Assembly: GCA_963805085.1 (NCBI GenBank)
Contig: CAWDTA010000002.1
Span: 256,001-320,000, forward strand
DNA length: 64,000 nucleotides
Reading direction: 5' to 3'
Origin: an uncultured Veillonellaceae bacterium
Lineage (GTDB): Bacteria > Bacillota > Negativicutes > JARBTT01
Shown here: positions 1 through 9,423 of the stretch, piece after piece
Position numbering within the stretch: position 1 is the stretch's first letter
How the letters are laid out: the number at the start of each line of letters is the position of its first letter
Program-made: the position numbers and the translations under genes
Notes under the pieces: model-generated
Seen by the model: the letters and a program-made list of their open reading frames with translations, nothing else
What the model was told of the DNA's origin: nothing
Database searches by the model: none

Positions 1-3000
1 ACTTCTTTTTCTACGAGCCACACGATATCCGAGGTCAACTGCGCCATCTGTTCGGCGGTCAACGCCACGCCAACCTGTAGATTAAATTCTTTTGCATAAG
101 TTGCGCCATTCGTTAATAGCGCTTTATATTGTTCTTCGGCAGATGAATAACCACTTAAGGTATACCTGCCAGTAAGTTCTGTTACTTGTTCGCGCACCAA
201 CTTTTGTTCATAAAAACCGTCACCTAGACGTTTTGTTGTCTTATCTGGATCAATATTCAATTTTTGCAGCATATAATCGCTGGAAATAAAATTTTCATAG
301 CTAGTGAACCGCGAGTCGGTTTCCACCAAACAATGCGCACTTGGTTCTGTATTGATTTTAAACATCGCATTCGATGGAAGGGTAATTTGAGTAGCAACCG
401 TCTGTTTAGCCGAAGTGGTATTCGTATCCTTAGCTACTGGCAACAAGGTCTGGGTATTTTCAAGGGGAACACTGCTGTTAATTGTCGGGGTATTTACTGG
501 AGAAGTAGTTACATTGTGAATCGTTGTTCCTTGAATGCTAACTGCTTGACCGCCACCTAAGATAGCTGTTGAACCTGGGAGCTGTTCATATGTGGTATCA
601 TCATAGCGCTTATCTATATAAGTCCACATACCGTCACCTTCCCTATTGACGGCTTCTGCAAAATGCCGCGTAGTAACGCGATCATATCCTGTTGCAATGT
701 TGTTGACTATCCCTACTGCACTTAGAGTGCCACCAGCTAAAATCGAGCTATTATCATTGATAACATTATCAGTTTTGAATTTTATATTATTGACGGAAAT
801 AATTTTTCCTTCTGGTGAGTCCTTGATAATTTTTGTTTCTGTTACTGTTTGCCCTAAGAGATATGTTGCATGCTCCACACTCTTTGACACACTTCTATCA
901 TCGTTAACCTCAACTTCAATATACTCAGTCCATTCTGATCCTGGTATTATATACGTTTTAGGCCAACCCCAGAATTTATCCTTATCACCTACGCTGATAT
1001 ACGTCTCATTCGACACAACTTGCTGTCCCGTCACAAATTCTCGTTTCTTATTCGTCAACGTATTTGCACTGATATTGATATCTTTCTCTGCCTCTATTGT
1101 CGCTGATTGATTCAGTACCGTATTCGTTTTATCTATATATTCGCCATTGCTATCCTTTTTTGAACTGCCAGCAATATTTATATTGCCACTGCTATAAAAC
1201 GAAGCACCGTCTTTATTTTCCAGCGATGTCTTGGCATAAATATCTGCTTCTTTTGTTGTCGCAATGACTGCTTTATCACCGTTATTCTGCACCGTATCTG
1301 CTGTCACGGTCAATGTATCACCAAAGACTGCACCGGTATTGGTGATATTTTTTCCAGATAGATTAACATCACTGCTCTGCACAGTGCCACTATTCGTCAC
1401 ATCACCAGCAACACTAATATTTAATTTCGTTCCACCTTTAAGTGTTGCACCAGCGCCATTATTAACATTAGCTGCCGAAACAGTAAGATTGCGCACAGCG
1501 GACATACTACCATCGTTATGAAGATTCGCTACATTAAAATTCAGATCTCTGTTCGCCGTAATACTGGTTCCAGCTCCATAGGTAAAGTCGCCATTCAGGT
1601 TGAAGTTGATATCCTGTCCAGAGGAGATAGCACCTGCACCAAATAGAGTATTACTTGTTAAATTAATATCGCGATTCGCCATCAAATTGCCGCCAGCAAT
1701 ATTAAACGAAGCTGCATTTACTAAGAGATTTTCTCCTGCGCTCATGCTACCCTGCGAAGTTGTTATCATAGAGGTTGCTGCTGTTTTTCCGATATTAACA
1801 TCCTGTTCAGCCGTAATCTTACCATTGGTATTATCTAGGCTATCTGAAATATTTGCATTGATATCTTTTTTCGCAAGTACCTTGCCTGTGTTATTCACGA
1901 GCGAAGATGCTGTCAAGTTCACATCGCCATTGCCGCCGATCGTCCCCGCGGTATTATCCATGGTTTGCAACGCATTCATAACCAAGCCACTATTGTCTAG
2001 ATTGGTCATGCTACCATTTTGGTTAGCAATGTTCTGCGCAGTAACGGTAAGGTTTTTACCTGCTTGCACTACGCCTTGCTGATTGCTCAAATTGTTTTGT
2101 GCATTAATTTTAAGATTGCCGCCAGCAGCCATCGTTCCTTGGTCATTGACTACGCTTGCACTGTTACTATTCATATCCTGTTGAGCAATCATAGTTCCGC
2201 TTGTATTATTTATATCCGCAGCGGTGATGTCCAATTGCCCATTCGTCGTCACTTTACCGCTATTGTTCGTCATCCCGTTCGTAGTGTTTATGGTGAGTTT
2301 TCCACTACCAGCGTGAAGGATTTGCCCTTGTGTATTGTCTATAGAATCAGCCTTCATGGTTACGGATGATCCATTGGTTGTAACTATACCACCAGTATTA
2401 TCTATACTATTCGCAGCCGTCAAAGTAGCTTCACCTGTACCGGACTGTTGCATACTTCCGCCACGGTTACTAATGTTTTGTGCCGTAATGGTAACTGCAT
2501 TTGCCGTAATTTGCCCAGCAGTACCATTTGTATTTTTGTCATTTTTTATAGTTTGGGCAGCCTTTATCGACAGCGCCCCATCGTTTTGCAAAGTAGCTCC
2601 AGTATTGTTAATATCGCCTGCAGTTGCAGTGAGATTGACATTCCCGTCAGCCGTGGTCTTGGCTCCTGACAGGTCAATTGCTGTGCCTTGCACGGACAGA
2701 TTGCCTCCTGCAATATTATTGCCATTCAGCGTAGCAGTTTCTGCTGTGAGGATGGAAAGATTTCCAGTTTCTTTTAGTGTATTATCACTGCTAATTCCAG
2801 CACCGAGATTTCCTGTAGAAAGTAGCGATTTGGCTACGATTACATTGTTGCCCCCAGAGATAACACTCCCCGTATTATTGATTTGCCCTTGGCCGTTTAA
2901 ATTGATATTCTTCTCAGCGCTGACCGTTCCACTCAGATCCATATCATTTTGTGCAGCTAAGTTGATATCTTCTTTGGCAACGGTATTGCCTGTGAGCTTT

Positions 3001-3881
3001 ATTTTTCCGGCAGAACTGATTTCTATATTGTTTTGCGCGGAAAGGTCTCCCCCCAGATTTACACCTACACCGGCATCGGTCCCGATTAACTTGATTTTAT
3101 TGGCATACATACCGCCTAGTGCGCCTACATCAACAGCGACTAGCTCTTGCGGCTGATCAGTTGCTATTTTTTGTGTAGCTAAGGTGTTATGGTCAATTGT
3201 ATTGCTACCTGCGATTACATTGAGATTTTTTGCCCAAATACCTGCATTGACTTCAATTGCTTTACTTAACAGGTCTACTTGATCGGTTTGTCTGGCATCT
3301 AAACCAGCTCCTTGAATCTGTATTTGACCCCTATTTACGTTGAAGGCTTCTAAGCTGCCATCACCGCCAAAGATAGGTTTTCCAGTTGTAAGGATTGCTC
3401 GATTTGCATTGATAAAGCCAAAACCGTCTCCATAAATACCATTGGGGTTGGCGATGATGATTTCGGCATTGCTTCCTGCAACTTCACTGTATCCTTTTAA
3501 ATAGCTGGGATTGGTACTGGTTACTTCATTTAAGATAATCCTAGCCGTTCCGTTTGCTAAGTTTGGGTTTCCTAGGATATAGCCAGCTAGCTGGGTTTTA
3601 CTTATGCCTTGGGAATTGTTAAAAATAAGGCCGATTTTATCGACATTGAATTGTTGATAGTAGTTGTGAGATACCCCTGCGTTAGAGGGCTTAGCAATAT
3701 CTACAATTGGTACACCATTTTGAGCAGTTTGCACTGTCGGCTGATTTTTGCTGGCATTTTTATCGATGATTACTTCCGCTGATACCAGTATTGGCTGCAA
3801 TGTAAAAGTGATTGCTGTGAGTAGGGCAATCACTTTTTTTCTAAAGATTTTCGCTTTATTCTTCGTCATTTGCATTATCAT
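1..3881 (-). CDS. Filamentous haemagglutinin/CdiA-like TpsA exoprotein, 3' part outside the window (not in the ORF track)
   Basis: Minus-strand frame read by hand. ATG 3881 follows RBS GGAGGAG. Signal peptide MIMQMTKNKAKIFRKKVIALLTAITFTLQPILVSA. TPS domain motifs LIFNN, NPNL..ARIILNEV, IIANPNGI..GFIN. Long G/N/T-rich beta-helix repeats. Near the edge: FLVETDSRF, KRLGDGFYEQKLV and LTAEQMAQLTSDIVWLVEKE, typical of CdiA-like proteins. Both ends are in the same frame; not every codon was checked. Confidence 0.9.
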   Translation of the reverse strand, partial: MIMQMTKNKAKIFRKKVIALLTAITFTLQPILVSAEVIIDKNASKNQPTVQTAQNGVPIVDIAKPSNAGVSHNYYQQFNVDKIGLIFNNSQGISKTQLAGYILGNPNLANGTARIILNEVTSTNPSYLKGYSEVAGSNAEIIIANPNGIYGDGFGFINANRAILTTGKPIFGGDGSLEAFNVNRGQIQIQGAGLDARQTDQVDLLSKAIEVNAGIWAKNLNVIAGSNTIDHNTLATQKIATDQPQELVAVDVGALGGMYANKIKLIGTDAGVGVNLGGDLSAQNNIEISSAGKIKLTGNTVAKEDINLAAQNDMDLSGTVSAEKNINLNGQGQINNTGSVISGGNNVIVAKSLLSTGNLGAGISSDNTLKETGNLSILTAETATLNGNNIAGGNLSVQGTAIDLSGAKTTADGNVNLTATAGDINNTGATLQNDGALSIKAAQTIKNDKNTNGTAGQITANAVTITAQNISNRGGSMQQSGTGEATLTAANSIDNTGGIVTTNGSSVTMKADSIDNTQGQILHAGSGKLTINTTNGMTNNSGKVTTNGQLDITAADINNTSGTMIAQQDMNSNSASVVNDQGTMAAGGNLKINAQNNLSNQQGVVQAGKNLTVTAQNIANQNGSMTNLDNSGLVMNALQTMDNTAGTIGGNGDVNLTASSLVNNTGKVLAKKDINANISDSLDNTNGKITAEQDVNIGKTAATSMITTSQGSMSAGENLLVNAASFNIAGGNLMANRDINLTSNTLFGAGAISSGQDINFNLNGDFTYGAGTSITANRDLNFNVANLHNDGSMSAVRNLTVSAANVNNGAGATLKGGTKLNISVAGDVTNSGTVQSSDVNLSGKNITNTGAVFGDTLTVTADTVQNNGDKAVIATTKEADIYAKTSLENKDGASFYSSGNINIAGSSKKDSNGEYIDKTNTVLNQSATIEAEKDINISANTLTNKKREFVTGQQVVSNETYISVGDKDKFWGWPKTYIIPGSEWTEYIEVEVNDDRSVSKSVEHATYLLGQTVTETKIIKDSPEGKIISVNNIKFKTDNVINDNSSILAGGTLSAVGIVNNIATGYDRVTTRHFAEAVNREGDGMWTYIDKRYDDTTYEQLPGSTAILGGGQAVSIQGTTIHNVTTSPVNTPTINSSVPLENTQTLLPVAKDTNTTSAKQTVATQITLPSNAMFKINTEPSAHCLVETDSRFTSYENFISSDYMLQKLNIDPDKTTKRLGDGFYEQKLVREQVTELTGRYTLSGYSSAEEQYKALLTNGATYAKEFNLQVGVALTAEQMAQLTSDIVWLVEKE

Positions 3882-3920
3882 TTCTTCTCCTCCATGAGTC
3901 CCTATTCTCCTGTTAAACCA

Positions 3921-5639
3921 TTAATACTGATAAGTTATTTGAAAACCAAAAGCTTGATTTGCCGTTTTAAAATTTGTTGGTTTTTTGATCGGCCAACCAG
4001 TAAATACATCATAGCTTACTTTGCCTAGGCTTCCTCTAAAGCCCACTGCAGAACCGATCAAGGTTTGCCCGACTAAGGCTTTTGCACTTGGCCCTGATAC
4101 ATGTCCATAATCTAAGCCGATGTACATTTCATGACCTGGTTCTGTCGGTATAGAAAATTCATTTCGTAGATAGATGCCGTTTTCAGCCGTCAACGTTTCT
4201 TCGCCATCAAAGCCTCTAACGGTATATCTATTACCAATGCTGAATTGATCTGTAGTAAACAAAGTGTTATTGGTATATTGTCCTCTGATATTTAAGCTAT
4301 AGCGTCCTTGACTATTGCCAAATTTCATCGGTGTTGTCAGAGTGGTGTCTACTGTCCATATTCGATATTTTGTTGTTGGTTCATCTTGCGCTGCATTTTC
4401 TGTTAATACAGAGTTAAACCAGGGAACAGCCCATTGATAGTCAAGCTCATAGTCAAGCACTGTTTTTCCATAATATTGACGGTGATAAAGGCCAAGTGTA
4501 CTTGAGGTTATCTCTCTTTTATTGTTTAATTCTGTATCTTCTATATAGCTTCTACTGATTTTTTTATTTATCGCCCAGGATAGCTGTGTTTTACTGGTTT
4601 GATTACGCTCAATGATTTTTTGTACTTTGAAGTTAACGTTTTTATTCTCACCTGAATATTTAAATCCTTGATTATATTGCGTTACCGTTTGATGGTAATC
4701 ATTTTGACTCGCCCCTACTGAAAGTGTCCAATATCCATAGGGTATCGAATAGTAAATACTTTTTCCATCGGTTCCTTTTTTATTGCCTTGATGGACAAGA
4801 TCATTATTAATGGATGCATAAAAAAGATCATTATCATTGAATAGGTTATCTATCGATAAATTTGTTGACATTTGAATTTTTCCGGTATCTTTACTACCTG
4901 AGTCGTCGGTTGAGAGCGTTAGTCGCCATGGTTTATCTCGTTTGATGCTAATCACGATATCGCTTTGTCCGATCTTTCTACCTGGGCGTATCTTTATATC
5001 AGCATCTTGCGATGGTACACGTTTGAATTGTTCTAAGCCTTGTTCGATATCTCTAATATTCAGTAAATCTCCTGGTTTTATTGGCAATGCATTATCCCAT
5101 CTGGCAGTTGCCTTGGGATCTTCAAAAACAATCTGTTCAACAAAACCTGGAATGAGTTGTAGTGTCAATACGCCTTTAGAAATATCTTGTTCGGGAATGG
5201 TTATTCTGGTGGTCACATAACCTTTGGCAATAATGGCATTACTGGCTTGTTTTACAAGGATATTGATTCCCTCTTTACCGATCTTTCTGCCTTGATATTT
5301 TTGCAGAAGCTCTTGTACCCAGTGAAATTTTTCACTTTTTTCGCCAATGAGCTTTATTTCTGTTATGGTAAAAGAAACTTTTTCTTCGGGTAATTCTAAA
5401 GTTTCTTCTTTATTTTCAGCTTTATTTAAAAATACATCGGTTTGTTCCTGCTTATTTTGCCTTTCGCGCGCAATTTGTTGATTTCGTTCTCTTAGTTCTT
5501 GCTGATCATTAGGGGGAGGTGTTTGCGCATTAGGAGGCGGTGGCAGTGGTTGAGCAAACCCATTGCCCAATTGCAGCATGAAAACAGCAGCAACGACGAT
5601 AGTACTAAACTTTCTGAGATAATATTTGTTTTTTTGCAT
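3921..5639 (-). CDS. TpsB (ShlB/FhaC/HecB family) outer-membrane two-partner secretion transporter
   Basis: Signal peptide, POTRA motifs (GYVTTR, LNIRDIEQGLEQ), Omp85-type VRGF motif (YTVRGFD), C-terminal aromatic residue. Start moved from ORF-track 5654 to ATG 5639 (RBS GGAG). Confidence 0.95.
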   Translation of the reverse strand: MQKNKYYLRKFSTIVVAAVFMLQLGNGFAQPLPPPPNAQTPPPNDQQELRERNQQIARERQNKQEQTDVFLNKAENKEETLELPEEKVSFTITEIKLIGEKSEKFHWVQELLQKYQGRKIGKEGINILVKQASNAIIAKGYVTTRITIPEQDISKGVLTLQLIPGFVEQIVFEDPKATARWDNALPIKPGDLLNIRDIEQGLEQFKRVPSQDADIKIRPGRKIGQSDIVISIKRDKPWRLTLSTDDSGSKDTGKIQMSTNLSIDNLFNDNDLFYASINNDLVHQGNKKGTDGKSIYYSIPYGYWTLSVGASQNDYHQTVTQYNQGFKYSGENKNVNFKVQKIIERNQTSKTQLSWAINKKISRSYIEDTELNNKREITSSTLGLYHRQYYGKTVLDYELDYQWAVPWFNSVLTENAAQDEPTTKYRIWTVDTTLTTPMKFGNSQGRYSLNIRGQYTNNTLFTTDQFSIGNRYTVRGFDGEETLTAENGIYLRNEFSIPTEPGHEMYIGLDYGHVSGPSAKALVGQTLIGSAVGFRGSLGKVSYDVFTGWPIKKPTNFKTANQAFGFQITYQY

Positions 5640-5833
5640 AGCGACTCCATTCATTCTAACTTATTTATTTTCATAATCCTTTACAATAAATGCAAAACTT
5701 TACTTAATTGACACAGTTCTAAACTATTTTCCATTTTCCTGCTATTATTAAACTGTTTTACAAAATTAGCACTTTAGTCCCATTGATTGTATTTGTAAAA
5801 AAAACTGACATCGTATCAAAACGATGCCAGTTT

Positions 5834-6077
5834 CAGGCTGTCGACAAAACAAAACATTTATATCGATGATTTAGAAAATATCTAAATCCGTTCCACTTAT
5901 AAACTAGTACGAAGATAGGCTGCCGGTTGGTGAGAAGTACTCAGATGCTAGGCACAGTAAGAGACTCTGAAGGAGTCGTACTTTTGTACGTCGACGAGCA
6001 GTACCTTGCTGTAACGACGCAGATGAGTGCTTATCGCCGACCCGCGGCCTGTCTGTCCATAGTTTGTCTACAAGCTG
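5834..6077. mobile_element. 244-bp non-coding MITE-like element with IS1182-like ends, flanked by a 32-bp target duplication
   Basis: Ends CAGGCTGTCGACAAA (5834-5848) and TTTGTCTACAAGCTG (6063-6077) match 12/15 as an inverted repeat. Direct repeats AAACTGACATCRTATCAAAACGATGCCAGTTT at 5802-5833 and 6078-6109 (1 mismatch). Confidence 0.75.
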
Positions 6078-6252
6078 AAACTGACATCATATCAAAACGA
6101 TGCCAGTTTACTGTAATTTGATTATACTTTACGATATTTTAATTTTTACCCGTTAGACCTAGAACGAGCTATACTTTAAAATTATATGGTTTTATTTTCA
6201 ATGACAAAAGGAAAAATTCCAAATGATATGCCCCCTAAAGGTAGACCCGATT

Positions 6253-6389
6253 ATGAAAATGGTACCATGTTCGGTTCCGATGGATCGGACTTTCAACGCA
6301 TAAACATTACCTGCCCACGCACTACCCTTGAACAGGCACTACAAAAACTAGAGACAGCTGTTATAAAAAGGAGCCCGATTTCGAAATGA
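6253..6389 (+). pseudogene. C-terminal remnant of a MalY/PatB-type PLP-dependent aminotransferase/lyase
   Basis: ENGTMFGSDGSDFQRINITCPRTTLEQALQKL resembles the conserved MalY/PatB C-terminus (G..FG..G..F.RIN.ACPR..L.EAL.RL). The rest of the gene is absent. Confidence 0.6.
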
Positions 6390-6421
6390 ATGAGGTGCCC
6401 CCTATAAGTTATCCTTATGGA

Positions 6422-7243
6422 TTATGCAAGCAGTCCACAAGCATAACCGACAATACCAACTGCGAATAACCCGAAAATGATTAGTAGAGGATTCACGTTT
6501 TTCTTTAATAGATACATGCAAGCAAACGTTAATAATAAAGGTACAAGCCCAGGAATCAAGCTATCTAATACGCTTTGAATCGTAGTCACAACTTCTTTTC
6601 CGTTCGCTGCTGTATATTTAGAAAGCACCATTGGCATATTAACACTCGTCCATTTGGAAACCAATGCGCCCATAACTACAAGACCAAGTACGGCAGAACC
6701 TTCGGTAAGATATCTAAGTTTATTACCACCCATATCTGATACAAGTTGGGTGCCTTTTTCGTAACCATAGAAAACACCATACCAGTTTGTTGCCAGACGA
6801 ATAATATTGAAACAAACGAAGAAAATCAATGGGCCAAGAATACTACCGTTCAATGCAAAACCAGCGCCAAGTGCTGCGAGTACAGGACGTAATGTACCCC
6901 AGAATATAGGGTCACCAACACCGGCAAGAGGGCCCATAAGACCGATTTTCACACCACTAATGGAAGCTTCGTCAATATTAGCGCCATTGGCTTTTTGTTC
7001 TTCCATTGCAGCTGTAATACCCATGATTGATGTAGCAACGAATGGTTGGGTATTAAAGAATTCGAGATGTCTTTTCAAAGCGAGTTTTAATTCTTCGCCT
7101 TGGTATAGTTTTTTGAGTACAGGGATTAAACTTACGCAAAATCCGATGGATTGCATTCTTTCAAAGTTGAAGGACCCTAATAAGAAGTTAGAGCGAATGA
7201 ACATTGAGACTAAGTCACTTTTTGTTACTTTTTTTTCAGTCAT
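6422..7243 (-). CDS. manZ: PTS mannose/fructose/sorbose family EIID
   Basis: NFERMQ, RHLEFFNTQP and GLMGPLAGVGDPIFWGTLRP motifs. Confidence 0.93.
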   Translation of the reverse strand: MTEKKVTKSDLVSMFIRSNFLLGSFNFERMQSIGFCVSLIPVLKKLYQGEELKLALKRHLEFFNTQPFVATSIMGITAAMEEQKANGANIDEASISGVKIGLMGPLAGVGDPIFWGTLRPVLAALGAGFALNGSILGPLIFFVCFNIIRLATNWYGVFYGYEKGTQLVSDMGGNKLRYLTEGSAVLGLVVMGALVSKWTSVNMPMVLSKYTAANGKEVVTTIQSVLDSLIPGLVPLLLTFACMYLLKKNVNPLLIIFGLFAVGIVGYACGLLA

Positions 7244-7263
7244 GATAATATCCTCCTCATCAA

Positions 7264-8055
7264 TTATAATAAATCCGAATCGTCAACGGCATCGACGCCA
7301 CTAGCATTAGCTACAGCTGCGTTACCTTGGTTTGCGATTGATTTAATGTGGAATATTGCAGCGATTACACCGACAGCACCAAACCCAATTAAATTGAAGT
7401 TTGTAAAAGCTGCGAGTAAGAAACCGATGAAGAAGAAGGGCATAAGAGATTTTGCGTTCATCATGTTAATAACCATTGCATACCCTACGACAACGATAAA
7501 GCCACCAGATACTTGTAAGCCTCTAGTGATAACTTCAGGGATAGAAGAAAGCATTGCATTCACTGCATCGGTACCGGCAAGTACACCTACGATTGCAGCA
7601 GGAACTGCAACACGAATACCTTGCAGCATAAGACCTAAAAAGTGACACATTTCAATGCCTCTGGTATTTCCCTCAGCGGCGTATTTATCAGCTAAATGTT
7701 GAAAAAATACTGTGATTGTTCTAACAAAAATGGTAAGAACTTGACCAGCAGCAGCAATTGGAATCGCAACTGCGATTCCAGCACCGATGGATTGATGTCC
7801 AACGATAACTAAGATGGCAGAAATAACACTGGCAAGTGCAGCATCTGGCGCCATTGCAGCACCAACGTTCATCCAGCCAAGTGCTAATAATTCTAAAGTA
7901 CCACCAAGAATAATACCTGTTGTCATATCGCCTAATACAAGTCCAACTAAAGTACAAGCAATTAATGGTCTATGTGTTTGTGCTTCATCTAGCACGCTTC
8001 CCATACCAGCAATTGCTGCAACTAATATTAATAAAATAAGAGTCCCTGTTCCCAC
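7264..8055 (-). CDS. manY: PTS mannose family EIIC
   Basis: HRPLIACTLVGLVLGD..G...GGTLEL and NVGAAMAPD motifs. Confidence 0.93.
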   Translation of the reverse strand: MGTGTLILLILVAAIAGMGSVLDEAQTHRPLIACTLVGLVLGDMTTGIILGGTLELLALGWMNVGAAMAPDAALASVISAILVIVGHQSIGAGIAVAIPIAAAGQVLTIFVRTITVFFQHLADKYAAEGNTRGIEMCHFLGLMLQGIRVAVPAAIVGVLAGTDAVNAMLSSIPEVITRGLQVSGGFIVVVGYAMVINMMNAKSLMPFFFIGFLLAAFTNFNLIGFGAVGVIAAIFHIKSIANQGNAAVANASGVDAVDDSDLL

Positions 8056-8084
8056 GAAAATTCCTCCTTTAAAATATAAAATAT

Positions 8085-8576
8085 TTAGATTAATTTCATT
8101 GATTTCATTTTCTCTATAACATCTACTTTAGGATCCTTAACAAGTTGTCTAAGTTCAATCTCAATTCCATTTTTATGTAATTTTTTTAAAGATTCAACAT
8201 CGTTTTTATTTACTGAAACAGCTTGAGAGATTTGTGTTTTTCCTTCTACATATCGCATTCCCCCTAAATTAATGCTTTTAAAGGGCACACCTCCTTCCAC
8301 CATTCGTAATACATCTGTAGGATTTGTAAATAAGAAAAATGTTTTAAAATCATTATATTTGGGGTTTTTATAAGCTTCAATTGCTTTATCAATTGAAATA
8401 ACATACGCTTTCAATCCTGGCGGCGTCACCTGTAGTACTAACTGCTTTCTAAGATCATCCTTTGCTGCCTCATCGCTACAGCACATAATACGATTACAAG
8501 CATATGATTTTACCCATACAGTCGCGACTTGACCGTGAATTAAACGATCGTCAATCCTTGCAAAACTAATTTCCAT
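8085..8576 (-). CDS. PTS mannose family EIIB
   Basis: RIDDRLIHGQV phospho-His motif. Confidence 0.95.
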   Translation of the reverse strand: MEISFARIDDRLIHGQVATVWVKSYACNRIMCCSDEAAKDDLRKQLVLQVTPPGLKAYVISIDKAIEAYKNPKYNDFKTFFLFTNPTDVLRMVEGGVPFKSINLGGMRYVEGKTQISQAVSVNKNDVESLKKLHKNGIEIELRQLVKDPKVDVIEKMKSMKLI

Positions 8577-8679
8577 CGTTGTATCCTCCTCTTAAGATAA
8601 AATAAAAAAAATTGCAGTATAAACTTTGTATAATATCGTATGAAAGACCTTTGTTATGAGCTAAGCACATCTTACGAAA

Positions 8680-9108
8680 TTAAAGTTCATTTTCTACTTC
8701 TTGCATCTCACTTTGATGAAACGTCTGTACTCCCATGGTTCCAGCACTAACTGCTTTTTCCATAACTGCTTGAATTAGAAGTTTTTCTTCAGTCATCTGC
8801 AGAGTTACCATTTCTATCAGCATCGGCAAATTAACACCAGCAACAATCCCATAATTGGGTTCATTCACAGCAATACGGCAAGCCGCATTATATGGACTTC
8901 CGCCAAACAAATCATTAAGAAAGATCACACCATCTGATGTATCTAACTCAGCAAGTACTTGCTGATATTTTATCACTACACTTTCTATACCTTCTCCTGG
9001 AACAAGCGTAACTGTCTTTACATTACTCGTTGTTCCACAAATCATTTCACAAGATTCAACTAATTTTTCTGAAAAATGTCCATGCGTTCCTACAATGATC
9101 CCTAACAT
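8680..9108 (-). CDS. PTS mannose family EIIA
   Basis: THG, DLFGGSPYN and GVNLPML motifs. Start set at ATG 9108 after RBS AGGAGG. Confidence 0.93.
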   Translation of the reverse strand: MLGIIVGTHGHFSEKLVESCEMICGTTSNVKTVTLVPGEGIESVVIKYQQVLAELDTSDGVIFLNDLFGGSPYNAACRIAVNEPNYGIVAGVNLPMLIEMVTLQMTEEKLLIQAVMEKAVSAGTMGVQTFHQSEMQEVENEL

Positions 9109-9184
9109 CAATCTTCCTCCTAAAGTCATTTTGAGCAAAAAAGAAACTATTTCATATTCTCTTTTTCACTTGCTTATATTTAAC

Positions 9185-9200
9185 GCAATTGTCATGCCAA
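9185..9200 (-). promoter_or_regulatory. sigma54 -24/-12 promoter of the Man-PTS operon
   Basis: TTGGCATGACAATTGC on the minus strand fits TGGCA-N6-TTGC and lies between the LevR-like gene and EIIA. Repeated CACACT motifs at about 9255-9303 are candidate activator sites. Confidence 0.85.
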
Positions 9201-9320
9201 CAATGTGTGTTAATAGAAATTATATGTTTCTTCTAGTCTTCCTGCTTATTTTGGCACACTTTCTTTAAAAATTACACACTTATAAGAATTATCGCAACAC
9301 ACTATAATAAAATTTCATAC

Positions 9321-9369
9321 AAAAACAAGGGGTGATTTCTAAAAAAAAGAAATCACCCCTTGTTTTTTT
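9321..9369 (-). terminator. Intrinsic terminator after the LevR-like gene
   Basis: AAAAACAAGGGGTGATTTCT / AGAAATCACCCCTTGTTTTT perfect inverted repeat with A/T tails. Confidence 0.85.
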
Positions 9370-9423
9370 CATCAGCTTCAACATCTACTAAGTAAAGCTG
9401 CCAAGCGATCCATTTTACGTACG

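Noticed and set aside
264-3156. Series of + strand ORFs up to 273 aa
   Set aside because: Antisense shadows of the tpsA frame; no RBS or family features.
5927-6121. 64-aa ORF in the MITE
   Set aside because: Runs through the structured element and across its right end; not transposase-like.
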